A DNA stretch of 64,000 bases from the human T2T-CHM13v2.0 reference genome, Homo sapiens. The notes under the pieces were generated by a model. The model was not told the DNA's origin. It did no database searches and was given only the letters and a program-made list of their open reading frames with translations. Location: NCBI RefSeq assembly GCF_009914755.1, contig NC_060931.1, one strand, 5' to 3'. Below, piece by piece: positions 35,393 to 49,619 of this stretch (within the stretch, counting starts at the first letter, position 1; every line of letters starts with the position of its first letter). A program made the translations under genes and the position numbers.

Positions 35393-36035
35393 ACTACATG
35401 CTGCCTACAAAAGACCCACTTAACCATTAAAGACACACAGAGGCTGAAAGTGAAAGGATGGAAGAAGATATTCCATGCACATGGTAACCAAAAGAGAGAA
35501 GGGGTGGCTATACTTACATCTGATAAAATAGACTTCAAGCCAAAAACTCTCACAAAAGACAAAAATGGTAATTATTTAATGATACAGGAATCGGTTCATC
35601 CAAAGGACATAACCATTGTGAAATTATATACATCCAACTCTGGAACACATAAATACATAAAGCAAATATTAATTGACATAAATAGAAAAAGAGATAGCAA
35701 TGTAACAATAGTAGAAAACCAATACTCCACTTTCAACAATGGATGGATATACGGGGCATGTATTTCAGAAGCTACAAAGTAACAGTTATGTGGTATAAAC
35801 AAGTCTAGAGATCTAATGTACAATATGAGAAGTATATGTGAAAAATGGTATATACAGGATTCAAGCTAAATGGAGGGATTTTATCTGCTCTTGCCATAAA
35901 ACACACAAAAAGTGGGTATGTGAGGTGATGAATATGTTAATTTGTTTCACTATAGTAATTTTTTGCTATCTATATGTATCCAATAACTTGGTGTATACCT
36001 GACATACACACAATAAAATTTATTTTTTAAAAAAT
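35393..36035 (+). mobile_element. Continuation of the old L1MA: EN remnant fused to an L1MA5-7-type 3'UTR
   Basis: ORF 35450-35782 (KGWKKIFHA...GVAILTSDKIDFK); jump at ~35750 to 'aacaagtctagagatctaatgtacaa' ... 'caataaaatttatt'. Confidence 0.8.
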
Positions 36036-36104
36036 ATTGATAAGTAAACAAATAAATGTCCTTATGCCCTTACAGTTTCTGAGAGGACTGGTACTTGTCT
36101 CTAT

Positions 36105-36272
36105 ATTAATTACAATTATAGATTATTTATTATGTCTGTTCATTGTAACTATCTCTTTAAATTAATTGCAACTATTAATATTATGTTCAGTGTTATATTT
36201 CTAGTGCCAAGCACAATGTGTGGCACAGATTAGGTGCTAATGAATATTTATAAATGAATAAATAAATGAATA
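36105..36272 (+). mobile_element. L2 3' terminus
   Basis: 'ctagtgccaagcacaatgtgtggcacagattaggtgctaatgaatatttataaatgaataaataaatgaat'. Confidence 0.75.
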
Positions 36273-38658
36273 CATAATTACATTTAGGAAAATAATTTAG
36301 GAAAGAAATTACAGAATGTTTTAATGTGGATAATAAAAATAAAACTTGTAAAACTTCCTTTTAAACTCTATCTTTAGTATACTGATAATTTTGCCATCCT
36401 GTTCCTAGCAAGTTAGAGAAGATGATGCTATTTCTCTAAACTGGGCATTTCTGTCTAATGCATATATTGTATTCTGAGTAACACAGTCCTGCAGGCAGAA
36501 AGATAGTAATAGAAATGGAAATCCTGCCTCTTGAATAATAGGCTTATTTTTTTTAGGAACAACAAATCCAGATGATTGATAGTCTGCACTTCATCTGTAA
36601 TGATCTATCCAATGTTAGACAATCTTTCTGCAGATTGGTACAGAATACTGGGCATGTTTTTAGATTTGTTTGTCATTCAGTTCAAAGAGCTAGACTGTGA
36701 AGACAGCTGTCACACATTATTCCTAGTAATATCTTTTTAAATTCACATATTAGGTTTTAAAATAATGAATTTACTTTTATTTTAGTGTTGATACTGCTGC
36801 AGAAACTGATTGGTATAAATACAAATCATTTTTTCCTAAAATAATGAATTATCATTGTCTCCACTGCTCTCCAGGATCACCTATATTCTTCCTACCACTG
36901 CTACTAAATATTTGGTTGTACCTCAGAGTACAATAATGAGAAAACATGAATTTTACTAAGAGAATTTCTCAAACATCCTTTTTGCCGAAGTCTGCCATTT
37001 CCCATAAAAGAACAACCTTTGATCTAACAGCTCAGAATTATCTTGTAAAATTCAAAAACAGATCTCACCATATTCTGCTAATGTACTTAAATGTCACTGC
37101 AAAGCCCTATGGGATCTGGTAAATACTACATTATATAATCTTTAAATCTGTATGCTCCTAGCAAGGCTATTTCACCAGTCTCAACATTCCCTCTCTGCAA
37201 AATGGGAGGAGGGCACAGAGTACCCCATGTTCCTGATGTGATCAGTTTTGGTTACTGCCAACTATACTCACTGACTTACACTACAGACTACCTGAGAACT
37301 GTTTAAAGAAGTAAACTAAAATATAAATTTCTCAAGAGAATAACTTCATCATGCCCTCCATTTCCATTTACTTCAGCATCTCTCCTCTCCCAGACTCTTT
37401 TTTCCATGTGGCTCTGCATATTCTACAAATGATCCCTTATTTTTGCTATAATTGGAAGCTAGCTTTCGCTAATCTGGCAGTGGCATTCCACAGATTCCTA
37501 AAGATATGGTAGGTTCACCTTGACTCATTGCTCCTTCCAGATTCTTTTCCTTTGTCTTCCATAAAATGTCTAATAGATTTTCATGTTATTGTGCCTCCAG
37601 TTATCTCCACTCCTGATAGCCACGTCCTCTCATTAACTGATGATAATAGCACCTGATTCAAGAATTTTTTTAACCATTATTCTCATTCTCAACTTACTAA
37701 TTTCAATTCCATGTATCACTATAAATTCAATATCTGACTTGGTATTTTCTTGACCTGCTCACTTCTAGTGATTCTTTCCCCTTCACTTACCTCAGCCATG
37801 TATTCTAATGTATTCCAGGTCTTGTAGTATGCAATAAGGACAACCCATAAACAATTTTAATTTCAAATATTCTTGTTTTTGCTGACGAATTCCATCTTTC
37901 CATCTTACTTTTTCTAGCACCCCAATTCCAATTGCTTTCTAATACAACTCAGAACTTCAGTGTATTGACCTTATTAGCTTTTTACTTCATCCATGTTGTG
38001 TCCTCATTTCTTTTCTTACACAGAATCAGATCCATGATTAACTATTATAATCACTCTTTTGCATGCACATATAATTCTTTTTCTTCTTTCTCCCTTCCTC
38101 TGGGCAAAACTCCAAAGCTGGTTAAATCAAACTCAATGCTTACTACAGATGCACAACAGAGTAAAAGATACAGCTGGAGAAAATATAGCCAAGCTGACTT
38201 GTCCTGTTTCAGATTCTAACTCACCAAACTGAGGTGAACCCCCAATGCTACCCAATACTTCCATGACATTCTCATAATCAGTTTGTACTCCTCATTTCCT
38301 AAGAATATTGCTTTATATCTCATCCACTCTGTTTAAATATTGTATCCCACCAGTATTCTCACTCTCAAATAACAACCTAGCTTATTAATTCAACAAGATT
38401 ATTGAAGTAATCTTAAAAGAACATTTACATCTTGCTGCAGGTAATCTTGTTTATACTGGTATATCTTGCCTTTTCTTGTACTAAAAGAAATATACTATCT
38501 CTTCCCATCCCTCAGCCAAAGTCGCACTATTCGTGCACCGAATTCTACCCCTCATCATTTACCTCAGATATTTTTTCTTCACTTATTCCCCCATTAATTG
38601 GGTCGTCAGTTTTTCTCACTCTACTGGATCATTTCCGTCACAATGAAAACATACTATA

Positions 38659-39562
38659 TGTTATGGTTTGAATGTCTGCGTCCTCCATAAATTCATATAT
38701 TAAAGCCTACTCCCAATGTGATGATATTAATTAAGAGATGGTAAGAGACTGGCAGGACTTGCTTTCTGGTCACAACCCTGCTGACAAAAACAGAATCTGA
38801 TCCAGACAAAAGAAAGCAAAGAGACCTGCAAGGACATGGTGACAAAAGCAATCTCTAGCTCCCTTCATTCCTCATTAGCATAAGACACTCTCATCATGCC
38901 AGGACAGTTTACAAAAGCTGTGGCAACCACCTGGAAGTTGCCACCCATTCCCATGGCAGCAACCTGGAATTTATTGCACCTTTCCTAGAAAGTCCTAAAT
39001 AACCCAACCCTCAATTTGCATTGACTCGTCCCTTAATTTGCATATAATTGAAAGTGGGTTCACATGTGTATAAATACAGTTGCCAAGCTCCCATACATTG
39101 CTGACTCCAGGTGCACTCCCTATGAGTTAGCCCTGGTCCACAAGGAGCAGTACTGTTCAATAAAAGATTGCTGTCTAACACCACCAGCTCCCTCTTAAAT
39201 TCTCTCCTGGACAAAGCTGAAAACTCTCCCAGGCTAAGTCCCAATTTGGGGACTCACTTGTCCTGCATTAATGGGGCCTTTGGGAGGTGATTATGTCGTG
39301 AAGGTTAATTCCTAATGAATGAGCTTAGTCCCTTATAAAGAGACTTGAGGGAGCTTGTTTGTGCCCTTCCACCATGTGAAGACACAGTGAGAAGGCATCA
39401 TCTATGAAACAAAAACAGGCCACAGATACCCAATCTGCCAGCATCTTGACTGTGGACTTCCAAGCCTCCCAAACTATGAGAAATAAATTTCTGTTATTTC
39501 TAATCTACCCAGTTTGGGGTATTTTCAGTATTTTCCTATAGCAGCCTGAATAGAATAAGGCA
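38659..39562 (+). mobile_element. MLT1A0-like MaLR LTR with nested MER66
   Basis: TGTTATGGTTTGAATGT...AATAAGGCA; TSD ctata/gtata. Confidence 0.85.
38739..39270 (+). mobile_element. MER66(C)-like ERV1 solo LTR
   Basis: 'ggcaggacttgctttctggtcacaaccctgctgac', 'cattagcataagacactc', AATAAA; ends 'cctgcatta'; ATGG on both sides. Confidence 0.75.
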
Positions 39563-41373
39563 GTATAAATTTTCCATTCTGAAACAAGTGTAACAATTGC
39601 AACCCATGAACATCTTTTTCCTAGTCTTCTTGGCAAAACTCCAAAGCTCGTTAAATCAAACTGTTCCCCTTCACAGTAGCACTTCTAGACAGAGTAGTGC
39701 ATATTGACTATTTCCAATTGCTTACCTTCTAATCTGTATTGAACCATTCCAATCTGGCTTTATTTTTCATTACTCTACCAAAATAATCCTTATCAAGGTC
39801 ACTGGTGATCTTTTGGACAGATTCAATGGGCAATGATTAGTTTCCATCTTACTTGACCTTTGTGCAGTATTTGAAGCTCTTGATTTCAACTTTCTTCTTT
39901 AAACATTTTTTTACACCACATTCTCTGGATATTTTTCTGACTCAGTGGCCACTCCTTCCCAGTGTCTTTTGCTAGAAATTCCTCACATTTAAAGTTCTTA
40001 CATTTTAGAGTAGAGTAGTCCCTGTCTTAGGCGTGGGGGCTCTTCTCTTCTGTATAGCCACTCACTCCCTAAGGTATCCTATCCATTGGTTTGGCTTTAA
40101 ATTATCTTTGTGCTACACAATTCCAATAAGGCTTTTTAGTCTTAATCCCTCTCATCACTATTATAATCAAATGACTTCTCAATATCTCGATGTAGATGTC
40201 TAACAGGTGTCTAAATTTGAGATATCTAGATAATAAACAATCTAAAATTAGTTTTAAATTGTTTATTCTGCCTCTAAATCTCCTCCTTCCTCAATCTTTG
40301 TTATTGGACACCCAGTTTCTTCAAACCCAAAAGGTGAAGTCACTCTGGATCATACAATTTCTCTGACATCCCACATATAACATATTAGGCAATTCTGTGA
40401 GTTCTGTCTTTAAACTACCTACCACCTCCATGTTTTTCTCATTGACAGGGTCTTTGGAAGGAAAGCAAACAAACAGAAACACTAGCATAAAATGTAAATT
40501 TTAGGCCCATGCCACACGCAAGTACGATTTCCAAATATCCATTTCTCTTCACTGTGAAAGTAAGACAAGTGAGCCAAATTGATGTCATTTCAACTATAGT
40601 ATTATGTTAAATAAAACTAAACAAAAATAATAGTAAAATTATAATTTTTTATCATTGTGAATGATTTTCCAAAATCTATCAACCTATTGTCATATCTGTC
40701 CAATTGCCATTTCTAGTCAGTTGGTAAAAGAGAAACCAAGTCAGAACTAAACATTTTGTTATAAGTTCTATTTACTTGCTGTAATCTTCAAAGACTTGTA
40801 GAAACTTCTTAGTAAACTAGATGCTGTCATCATGGTTTACTTTAAATGTATAGCTGAGGTCTCACTTTCTAAAAAAATTATGGGAAAGCAGTGTTATAGA
40901 ACATGGTGCAGAATAGATTTCTGAGTTCATAAAAGCAATTCTGTCACAGAAAAACTGCATAATTGCAGTGTTCTATTGGGATGAATCTTAATGCTTCAGG
41001 TAAACAATCTTTCTGTTTATTTATGGCAAAGTCTGTTGTCAAGGTAACAACTATACAGAACTATCATGTCCATATGGTGCCACCAAATCTTCCACTTTTA
41101 GCAGATTCTTTTCTATCTAGCCTAATAGTAATCAGTGGTCTCAAACAAAGTTTCTGTTTCAATTGATTGCTCAGCAATTGACTATTTACTATGTGTGACT
41201 TTGTTTCCCAGAGCATTGAATTCAGTTCCATTTAAAGCCTTAGGTTGAATAGATAATTTTTATGGAAAATACCTAGATATTATTGTGGCAGAGAGAATTT
41301 AGAAATAAATGCCTTAATAATGGCAATCTTAAAATATTTACTCAATTAAAGGGATCCTAAAAACTCTATACCT

Positions 41374-41529
41374 CAGTGTGTGTTCAGATGGTGAAGGGTG
41401 GGAGGAGGGAGAGGATTAGGAAAAATAGCTACTAGGCTTAATATCTGGGTGATGAAATAATCTGTGCAACAAACTCCTATGACATAAGTTTACCTGTATA
41501 ACAAACCTGCACATGTACTCCTGAACTTA

Positions 41530-41571
<42 letters not shown>
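41374..41571 (+). mobile_element. L1PA13-15 3' fragment with (TAAA)n tail
   Basis: TSD aaaa(a/t)ctctatacct at 41359-41373 and 41572-41586. Confidence 0.85.
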
Positions 41572-41573
<2 letters not shown>

Positions 41574-42504
41574 AATCTCTATACCTGAAAATCAGTTTTG
41601 CTGATCTCAATTCTTTGAGAAAATGGTTGCTCTTGTCTATAAGCCAAATACTTGGTTTAATTCTACTTTTCTATTTTCACCATTTGCTGCTCTATCTACT
41701 TTTTGAAAGCCTAATAGTTGCAAAGGGCAATTTTCCCTTCTCAAAGTTGGAAAATCTTTACAAGTAGCCATACAATGCAGCCTTCATGAAATTCTTTGGC
41801 ACCATACTGACACAGGATTACAAAGTTTTATTCCATTATGGACAAACTAATTAATTAGAAGAAGATAACAAAGAAAAATAAGGAGGTTTATTAATCAATG
41901 ATCCTGAGTAATCACTGGCATGAGAGATCTGGACTTGCTTCCAAATCCATTATTTTCTAGTCCTTGGGACAAACATTCATTGAAAGCTTTGTGTCATACC
42001 AAAAGACTTAACAAAATGTTTAAGAAATGTCATAATATATACTTCTTTATAACGAATAAACATATAAGACAAGTTAAAAGTTAAATTTAACATTTTAAAA
42101 GACATGATTTGTATAGGCTGCTTTTACTTAGCTTAGGTAAGAACACTGCACTGTAGGGTGGGCTTTGACTAACCTTATTCCACATATTGATCAATAAACA
42201 GTTGTAGACAGGGGATATCTGAAAGTAATGCATATGTCTGAATCACCGATGTTAACCTATGCAACTGCATGGTTAGGTGCCTAAGGGATCACCAGGCACA
42301 GCTGCCCACAAGTTGGCAGCCGGTTTACACTAGCATCTATAAACAAACAACTATGATCACATATAATCTAGTGGGGCTGGTGCCATCACCCACGTCATTT
42401 CAAATAGTTATGAGTATAAAGGATACTTAAAGATTAGAAATGGAAAATCCCTTCTGCTTTCTATTGGTTATAGTCATAGCTACCATTAATACTAGTATGT
42501 GCTG

Positions 42505-42634
42505 TTGTCCACCTTCTTAATTGAAGGAAATGCTAAATTTTGGTAGAGGTTTATAAAAATAAAAATGTCAGTCATTCCCCATATAAAAGCACACACTTGA
42601 ATGTTATCCATGAACTTCAGGTTAAGAATTCCTG
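42505..42634. mobile_element. hAT-Charlie (Charlie4-like) fragment
   Basis: 'ttaattgaaggaaatgctaaattt' ... 'caggttaagaattcctg'. Confidence 0.5.
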
Positions 42635-45600
42635 AGTTATGGGGTTCAATAAATCAATAAAAATATATCTAAACTGGGGAAATGTTGTATTTCAGGAGGA
42701 GTACAGTCAACAGTGTTTATTTGGAAGCTGCTAAATGAATGTTGTCAATGCAACCGTGAACAGAGTGGAGGGGTAGAAGACAATGTCTTTGTCAGTAAAG
42801 AGTTTGCAATTCAGTACAGAAGTGGCACACCTAACATTGCAGAATATTTTTAAGTGATTAAGGTCAGTTTTAGAATTTGGTGGGGCAGATTTCCAAAGGC
42901 TGTGCAATGTCTAAGCCTAAATAGGGCAAATGGTCAGTTGCTACTGTCTTGTAAGTAGCATAATTTGTTAATGCCATGGAATGAATGTAGATATTTTTTT
43001 CAGATCTGCCGGTGATATAGATACTCGTAAGTGCTACTGATGCTTACTTAGTCCTATAATTGGTGTTACAAATACAAGAAATGTTCCTTGAAAAGTAAAT
43101 TTTGATAATTCCAAGCTAATCAGTAACTCTTATAAGAAGGAGTTACATAGAAATGTCACTCATATTTGAAGATATAAACAGGTTTACTTCCTATGTATTT
43201 GATTGTAGCTAGAACATATTTAATTCACATTTGCACATTTCTTCCAAGTAGGCTGCTTTTTGTACTTAGCTAGATCTAGGAAAGCCAATGCTGGCTCAGC
43301 CTTTTCTACCCACTGAGTATGACATTTGAGCCTTAATTTGGATTCATACTGACAAGGCTATATTCATTGTCACACAACACCAGCAACACAACACCTCTTC
43401 CTCCTCTTTACCCCCCAAAAAACTATTATCATGAACAAATTTAAAACATTTTCCAAAGATGTCTAATTTATACTCAGGTTGTAGCTCAGACAAAGCCTTG
43501 AGGAATGTAATTCAGTGATTTAGAGTGACAGTCTGGATGAGAAACAGCTACAGAACAGTGTGATTCTGTAATGAAATAAAGTAACTCATTATTGGTACTA
43601 AATTCAGAATCACCAGTAAACATTCATCAGGCCCCTACAATGTGTCTGCTGTTGTGTCTGCCATTACAAGTTTGGTCACCAAACCTCCAAGGCCAGAAAG
43701 GCACAGCAATGTGAGCTGTGCGCAGTTAGGAGAAAGGGCCTTCAACATTATTCGGGGAGTTAGCCTGCATTATCTGAAACATATTACAACAGAAAGGAGA
43801 AATTAAAGCAGTTGATTCCACAAAAAAGCACGGGACTATACCAAATAGAAAGTTAGAAATACAAGCCTAGTTGATGTGAAGAGAAGCTGGGAAAGCAAAG
43901 CTGCAGGCAGCAGATTCTGGTTTCTTTATTTATCACTTGTGCAACTTAGGTGTTCCTGCTAGGTACTAAACTTCTAACTGAGCCCAAAATGAATTGCTGT
44001 TTCTGGAGCCTGTAGGCCTGTGACCTTGTAGGCATTAATTTGCATGTGATGTTCTGCTTGGATGCCTTTGTTTTTGTGGGTTAGTAAGAGATTTGCTTTG
44101 GTGCTAGAACACCAGCCAGTTAGGCCAACAGAGAAAATGGAAAGGCTATTACAGCCACAGTCTCATTCTTGACTTGGTGATGGGGGCTTGATGGGGAGAG
44201 GGTAGCACCATAAAAATGAACTGTGTTCATAAATGACTTCATTTGACTATGGGAACAAGTGTTAAAACTTCCATGTTTCAAAGCACATCAAATACTTAAG
44301 AAGAGAGGCATCCACTCCTCCCCTTCTCTGCATTGCACATCATGCTATAGGGAAGCTTAGTAGTCATGAGTGTAGTGTCCAGAGTAGAAGCAAGAATAGT
44401 GTTTCCATTAGGTGTATAAGAATCTTCAACAGAAACTACACATAACTCTGAAACAGAGGCCAGCCAACATTAGTCATTGTCAAGCTGGCAGGAGCAGAAA
44501 AACATTAGTAATCATGTTCTTGTTCACATCAACATATGTTTAGGTCCTACAAACATAGAAACTAATAAATAAAACTGAAATAGCTATTTGTGTAATTCAC
44601 TGTGGTTTAAGCAATACTACTTTGAAATTCCTCCAACATAACATAAGACATAAAAAGAGGGCTCATTTTCTCTAGTTCTATTATAGACTACCCATCAGCT
44701 TTAGTATCCTAAGGGCTCAGAGATCCCATATGTGGAATAGGAGAAGGGATAGGATAGAGGACCTGATGGCACAGGCTACAAGCAAAGAAATACTGTGCTT
44801 GATGGAGCAAACAGAGAGACTGAGACATCTTGAAGGTCATTTCTGATGACTGATAGCTCCTTTTGCAGCACAGCTACTACTGTATGGAAACATGAGTAAA
44901 CACCTCCTCAGGACTCAGATATTCCAGGTAGTAAGGAGTAGAGTGGGGACGTGATACTCGCAGGGAGCTAGAGAGCCTGTTGCTGTGCTGGTCAAAGCTA
45001 CAAAGCCAGCCAGCAAAATTTGAAATTTATGTTAACTTATAATATCCTTTGTAATCATAGTCCAGTAGGAAGTGGTGACCCTTGGATTACACCTATGATA
45101 TACCTCAATGGAAGTTAAAACAACATCAAATAAAAATTCAGTTTCAAAATTCTGTAAATCATCTAAAGTGTGTAGCTCAGCATTTTGGCTTATTGATGGC
45201 ATAATTTGGTGCAAGGATGAAATGTTAAATGCCTAAAACAATGAACTGCTCCTCTTTAAGGTAATTTTTACGAAACTTAATTGTAGATCATCTAAGCTAA
45301 CAACTCAGATCATATGCATTTGCTATGGCAAACAGTTGAAGTCTGGATTGAAAGCTTATGAAAATAAGATGCTCTAATCAGCATACATGCCTGAGTAGAA
45401 GGCCATCCCACTAACGGTTCCAGATAAGACAAGTCTGTGTGTACGGGCAGGGCCAATATTTTCTGCAACTGTAACTCTGAAGCTATTCAAATATTGGACT
45501 AAGTGGTGATCAAAACCTCAATGTTTGGGCTTATACAGTATTACATGAACATTTTAGCCTTGAAATGTCAAAAGTGTTTTAAACACCAATCACAATCATT

Positions 45601-46430
45601 AAAAATTTGGTTGCAAAATTTCAAGTAGTGAAGCAGTCCAAAAAGAACAGGTTTCAAAATATATCTCTAAGTGTCTAAATTATTTTAGCTACTCTCTAGA
45701 TTCCATAAATGTATACCAATTAAATGTTAGACAATAGCTGCCAAAAATGATCATTTGGATTTAAAAATTATCCTTTCTGACAATAATTAGCTAGCAGAGC
45801 AGTTTTTTGTTGAAACACTTCTACATTTGATTATAAAACCATGTCATCAGCATACTCTTTTTTACTCCTCTGTAGACAGAGATGATAGAATATAACAATA
45901 TTCTATCCAGTGAATCCAATTTAATCAATCATGATGGGGTATGCGTGTTATGATATAATTGTATAGTACAAATAAAATCCCATTTTGGGATTTCTCATAT
46001 ATTTCAATTGAAGTAAACTCAATAAAGCCTTTCCAATTAAATTGGTATATCTGTTGGGAAATAAAGGGTCCAAAAGAACATGACTAATTTTTCAGTCACT
46101 CTCAACAGAGTTTCATCAAACTCACCAAAAGATCCTGCTTGCATGATTGAGAAATGTAGAATAAGTACAAACTTTTAAAAAATCAAAATATATAAAAACA
46201 GATCACAAACACTCCCAGAGAGTGATGAAAATACAGAGGCAGATCTTACACAGTTTATCAGGAAACAAAACAAGACCTTGAAGAACATGTTCCCTTTATA
46301 GGTGACAAATGACTATTTGGGTGAGTCTGATAGACAGTAGAGTGGCCATTCTTCCTTTGTCAAGATTTACTTTTCATTTCTAGCTGGAGAAATGAATAGG
46401 TTTAAAACTCAAGCATGATTTTTAAAGAGC

Positions 46431-46729
46431 TGCCGGGTGCGGTGTCTCACGCCTATAATCCCAGCACTTTGGGAGGCCGAGGCGGGCGAATCACGAGGTC
46501 AGGAGACCTGCCTGGCCAACATGGTGAAACCCCGTCTCTACTAAAAATACAAAAAATTAGCTGTGTGTGGTGGCAGGTGCCTCTAATCCCAGCTACTCAG
46601 GAGGCTGAGGCAGGAGAATCGCTTGAACCCAGGAGGCGAAGGTTGCAGTGAGCCTCCAGCCTGGATGACAGTGCAAGACTCTGTCTCAAAAACAAACAAA
46701 CAACAACAAAAAAAAACAAAAAACAAAAA
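46431..46729 (+). mobile_element. AluS (Sg-like) with two small internal deletions
   Basis: 'aatcacgaggtcaggagacc'; 'gtgagcctccagcc' deletion junction; mixed A/C tail. Confidence 0.93.
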
Positions 46730-48331
46730 TCACATGAGGAATGAGTGGTCAATTAATATTAAAACTTAGTAGAAAAGCTAATTTAGCAGAATGTTTTCCC
46801 TTTTGGACTCTATCCAGAAGTGTTCCAGATGAGGAATCACAGTAATTGGAGGGACAGTCCAGTGAATCTACTAAATCTGAAAGAATCCAAACATTGGCAC
46901 TTTCACATGAGTTGGCATCAGCTAAAATGCAGCAGCTGTTTGAGAAGTTTGAACTGAAATTATCAAGTTGGCATCATCTCATCTATGCTGTGACATAGTC
47001 AAGCCAGTTCCTAAAGCACAGTAGCTGGAACAGTTTCTAAGTCAAGTCACCTTATTCGCACTAGAAACTGTGTACTCCACTTTTCCCATCATTTAACTGT
47101 GTATTAAGAATCTTAATACTGCTTGGTTTCCTAGAGAAACAATCCAACAGTGCTGGGCAGACGTTTCTCTCATATTCCTTTTCTTAATTGTAGCACAATA
47201 TAAGGTTGGTCCAATATTCCAGTATTATGCATGTAATTGTGCACAGGTTTAGAAACCTATAACTGTTCATATGAACATTAAATGTTGTGAAATATTAAGA
47301 CAACATTATTTCAGTAAATTAACCATGCCATCTACAAGGAGAGAAAAACTTGCTCTGATAAGGAGTAAACATCAAATTTCCTGACTAGTGTACTGTATTA
47401 AAAAAAATTAACCTTGGAAATTAAATAAATGAAATTGAACTTTTTATAGATCATCAAGACAGTAAAATGTTGACAATTTTATACAGTTTAAGCTGGTATA
47501 TCGTTTTCTTGAATGGAGAAATTCAGCACTTAAAGAAGTTATTTTCCTCAAAATAATCCATAATTTAATGTCTTCCCAAACATGTTTTTTGACTAACATG
47601 ATTGTGAGTCCCTTGGTTTTTCTTTTTGTCCTATATGTGCCACGCTTGAAGCTGAAGGAGCTGGCAACTTGGAAATATCAACAGACGCAGACAAAAATCA
47701 GCCCCCACTAAAGCCTTCTCTCTCTAATTAAAGGATCAGGAAAGGGAGACCCTCGAATGGCAAAAAAAATTACAGACAATAGCCATTCTACTCAGGCAAA
47801 ATCCCAAAGATAAGGCTATAGTTTTGCCCCCATCTGTGTTAGCAAGGAGAAGTGGGGACCCAACCTTTCTACTGGGGTAGTGTCAAAGAAGGTGAGTAGG
47901 GACCTAGACTTCCATTTCACCAGGTGGTATAAAATCCCACCTCTAGGGCCAGTGGGGACCCTATCAGGGGTCTAAACTTCCACCTGCATCCAGCAGTAAG
48001 GAGGAATTCTTTCCACTCTTCACATGGATGGTATTCACAATGACCTAGTAGAAAATCAGGACTTTCATCATCACCCAGAAGTAGTGGGGGCATCCCTCAC
48101 CCCCATGTGAGGAGCACAAATGAGGCACTCCTATCCCTTTCACCCAAGGAGATATTAGTGGAGGCTTCATGAGGACCCTGGGCTTCTAATCCCATCTGGC
48201 AGTAACAAGGCAGCAGCTCCCCTATGTCTATCAATAACATGGAATTTGTTATCAAAAGACCTCTTCAAAACAAAACCCAAGACCTAGCTAGCTTGACTTG
48301 CAAATTCCATCAACTAATTAAGGAATAAATA

Positions 48332-49039
48332 TAGTAGCCCTCCCTTATCTGCAGTTTAGCTTTCTGTGATTTCAATTACTCATGGTCAGCCACGGTCCAA
48401 AACTATTAAATGGGAAATTCTGGAAATAAACAGTTTGTAGGTTTTAAATGGTATGCCAGTCTGAGTAGAGCAAAACAAAGCTCTACACCATCCTGCTTCG
48501 TCAGGCCAGGGACTTGATTATCCTTGTCCAGTGTATCCATGCTGTATACACTACGCACTTGTTAGTCACTTGGTAGCCATCTCAGTTATCAGATCAACTG
48601 TTGAGATATCACAGTGCTTGTGTTCAAGTCACCCTTATTTTACTTAATAATGGCCCCAAAACACAAGAGTAGGGATGTTGGCAATTCGAATGTGCCAAAG
48701 AGAATCTGTAAAGTCCTTCCTTTAAGTCAAAGGTGAACGTTCTCGACTTAAGGAAAGAAAAACATTGTATGCTGAAGTTGCTAAGAACTACAGTAAGAAA
48801 AAATATATCTGTGAATTTGTGAAGAGGGAAAAAGAAATTTGTGCTAGTTTTTGCTGTTGCACCCCAAACTGCAAAAGCTACAGCCACAGTGCATGATAAG
48901 TTCTTAGTTAAGATAGAAAAGCCATTCAATTTGTGAATGGAAGACAGAAACAGAAATGGTAGTCAGGTTTATCCCTATCAATGGTTTCAGGCAGCCACAC
49001 GGTGACTTGGTATCCTCCATGGATAAAGGAGGACTACTG
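48332..49039 (+). mobile_element. MER44D/Tigger7 with a decayed transposase N-terminus
   Basis: TIRs 'tagtagccctcccttatc' ... 'ggataaaggaggactactg'; TA flanks; HTH remnant 'tatgctgaagttgctaag'. Confidence 0.85.
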
Positions 49040-49226
49040 TAATACGAATTTAACAGAAACACTAACACATTCAGAAAATAGAATAGAAAGGAATAATTCT
49101 AATTTTAATAGTATAGTATATAACTTTGATGAGAAAACTAAGAAAGATATTACATGAAGAGAAAATTATGGACCACTGTCTCTCATTACAATAGAAAGAA
49201 AAATCTTTAACAAAACTTTATCAAAT

Positions 49227-49619
49227 TGTGTTAGTCCATTTTCATTGCTATAAAGGAATACATGGGGCTAGGTAATTTAAAAAGAGGTTTATTGTGGCTC
49301 ACAGTTCTGCATACTGCACAAGAAGCATGGCACTGGCTTCTGCTCCTGGTGAGGGCCTCAGGAAGTTTGCAGTCATGGTGGAAGGTAAAAGGGAGCCAGT
49401 GTGTCACATGGCGAGAGAGGGAGAAAGAGAGCAGTGGGAGGTCCCAGACTCTTTTAAACAACCAGATCTGGTGTGAACTCCTTACCTTTGGGAGGGCACC
49501 AAGCCCTTAATGAAAGATCTGCCCCCATGACCCAAACACCTCCCACTAGACCCCCCCTGCAACATTGGGGATCACATTTCAAAGTGAGATTTGGAGGGAC
49601 AAACATCCAAACTATATCA
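49227..49619 (-). mobile_element. MSTB-like MaLR solo LTR
   Basis: TGTGTTAGTCC...ACTATATCA; perfect 5-bp TSD caaat at 49222-49226 and 49620-49624. Confidence 0.92.

Larger units (their letters stand above)
37400..40430 (+). mobile_element. L2 ORF2 remnant interrupted by MLT1A0
   Basis: 'tataatcactcttttgca', 'ggcaaaactccaa', 'tatcaaggtcactggtgatc', 'catcttacttgacctt'. Confidence 0.7.

Noticed and set aside
48624-48929. 101-aa ORF in MER44D
   Set aside because: Antisense to a decayed Tigger transposase; the sense frame is broken
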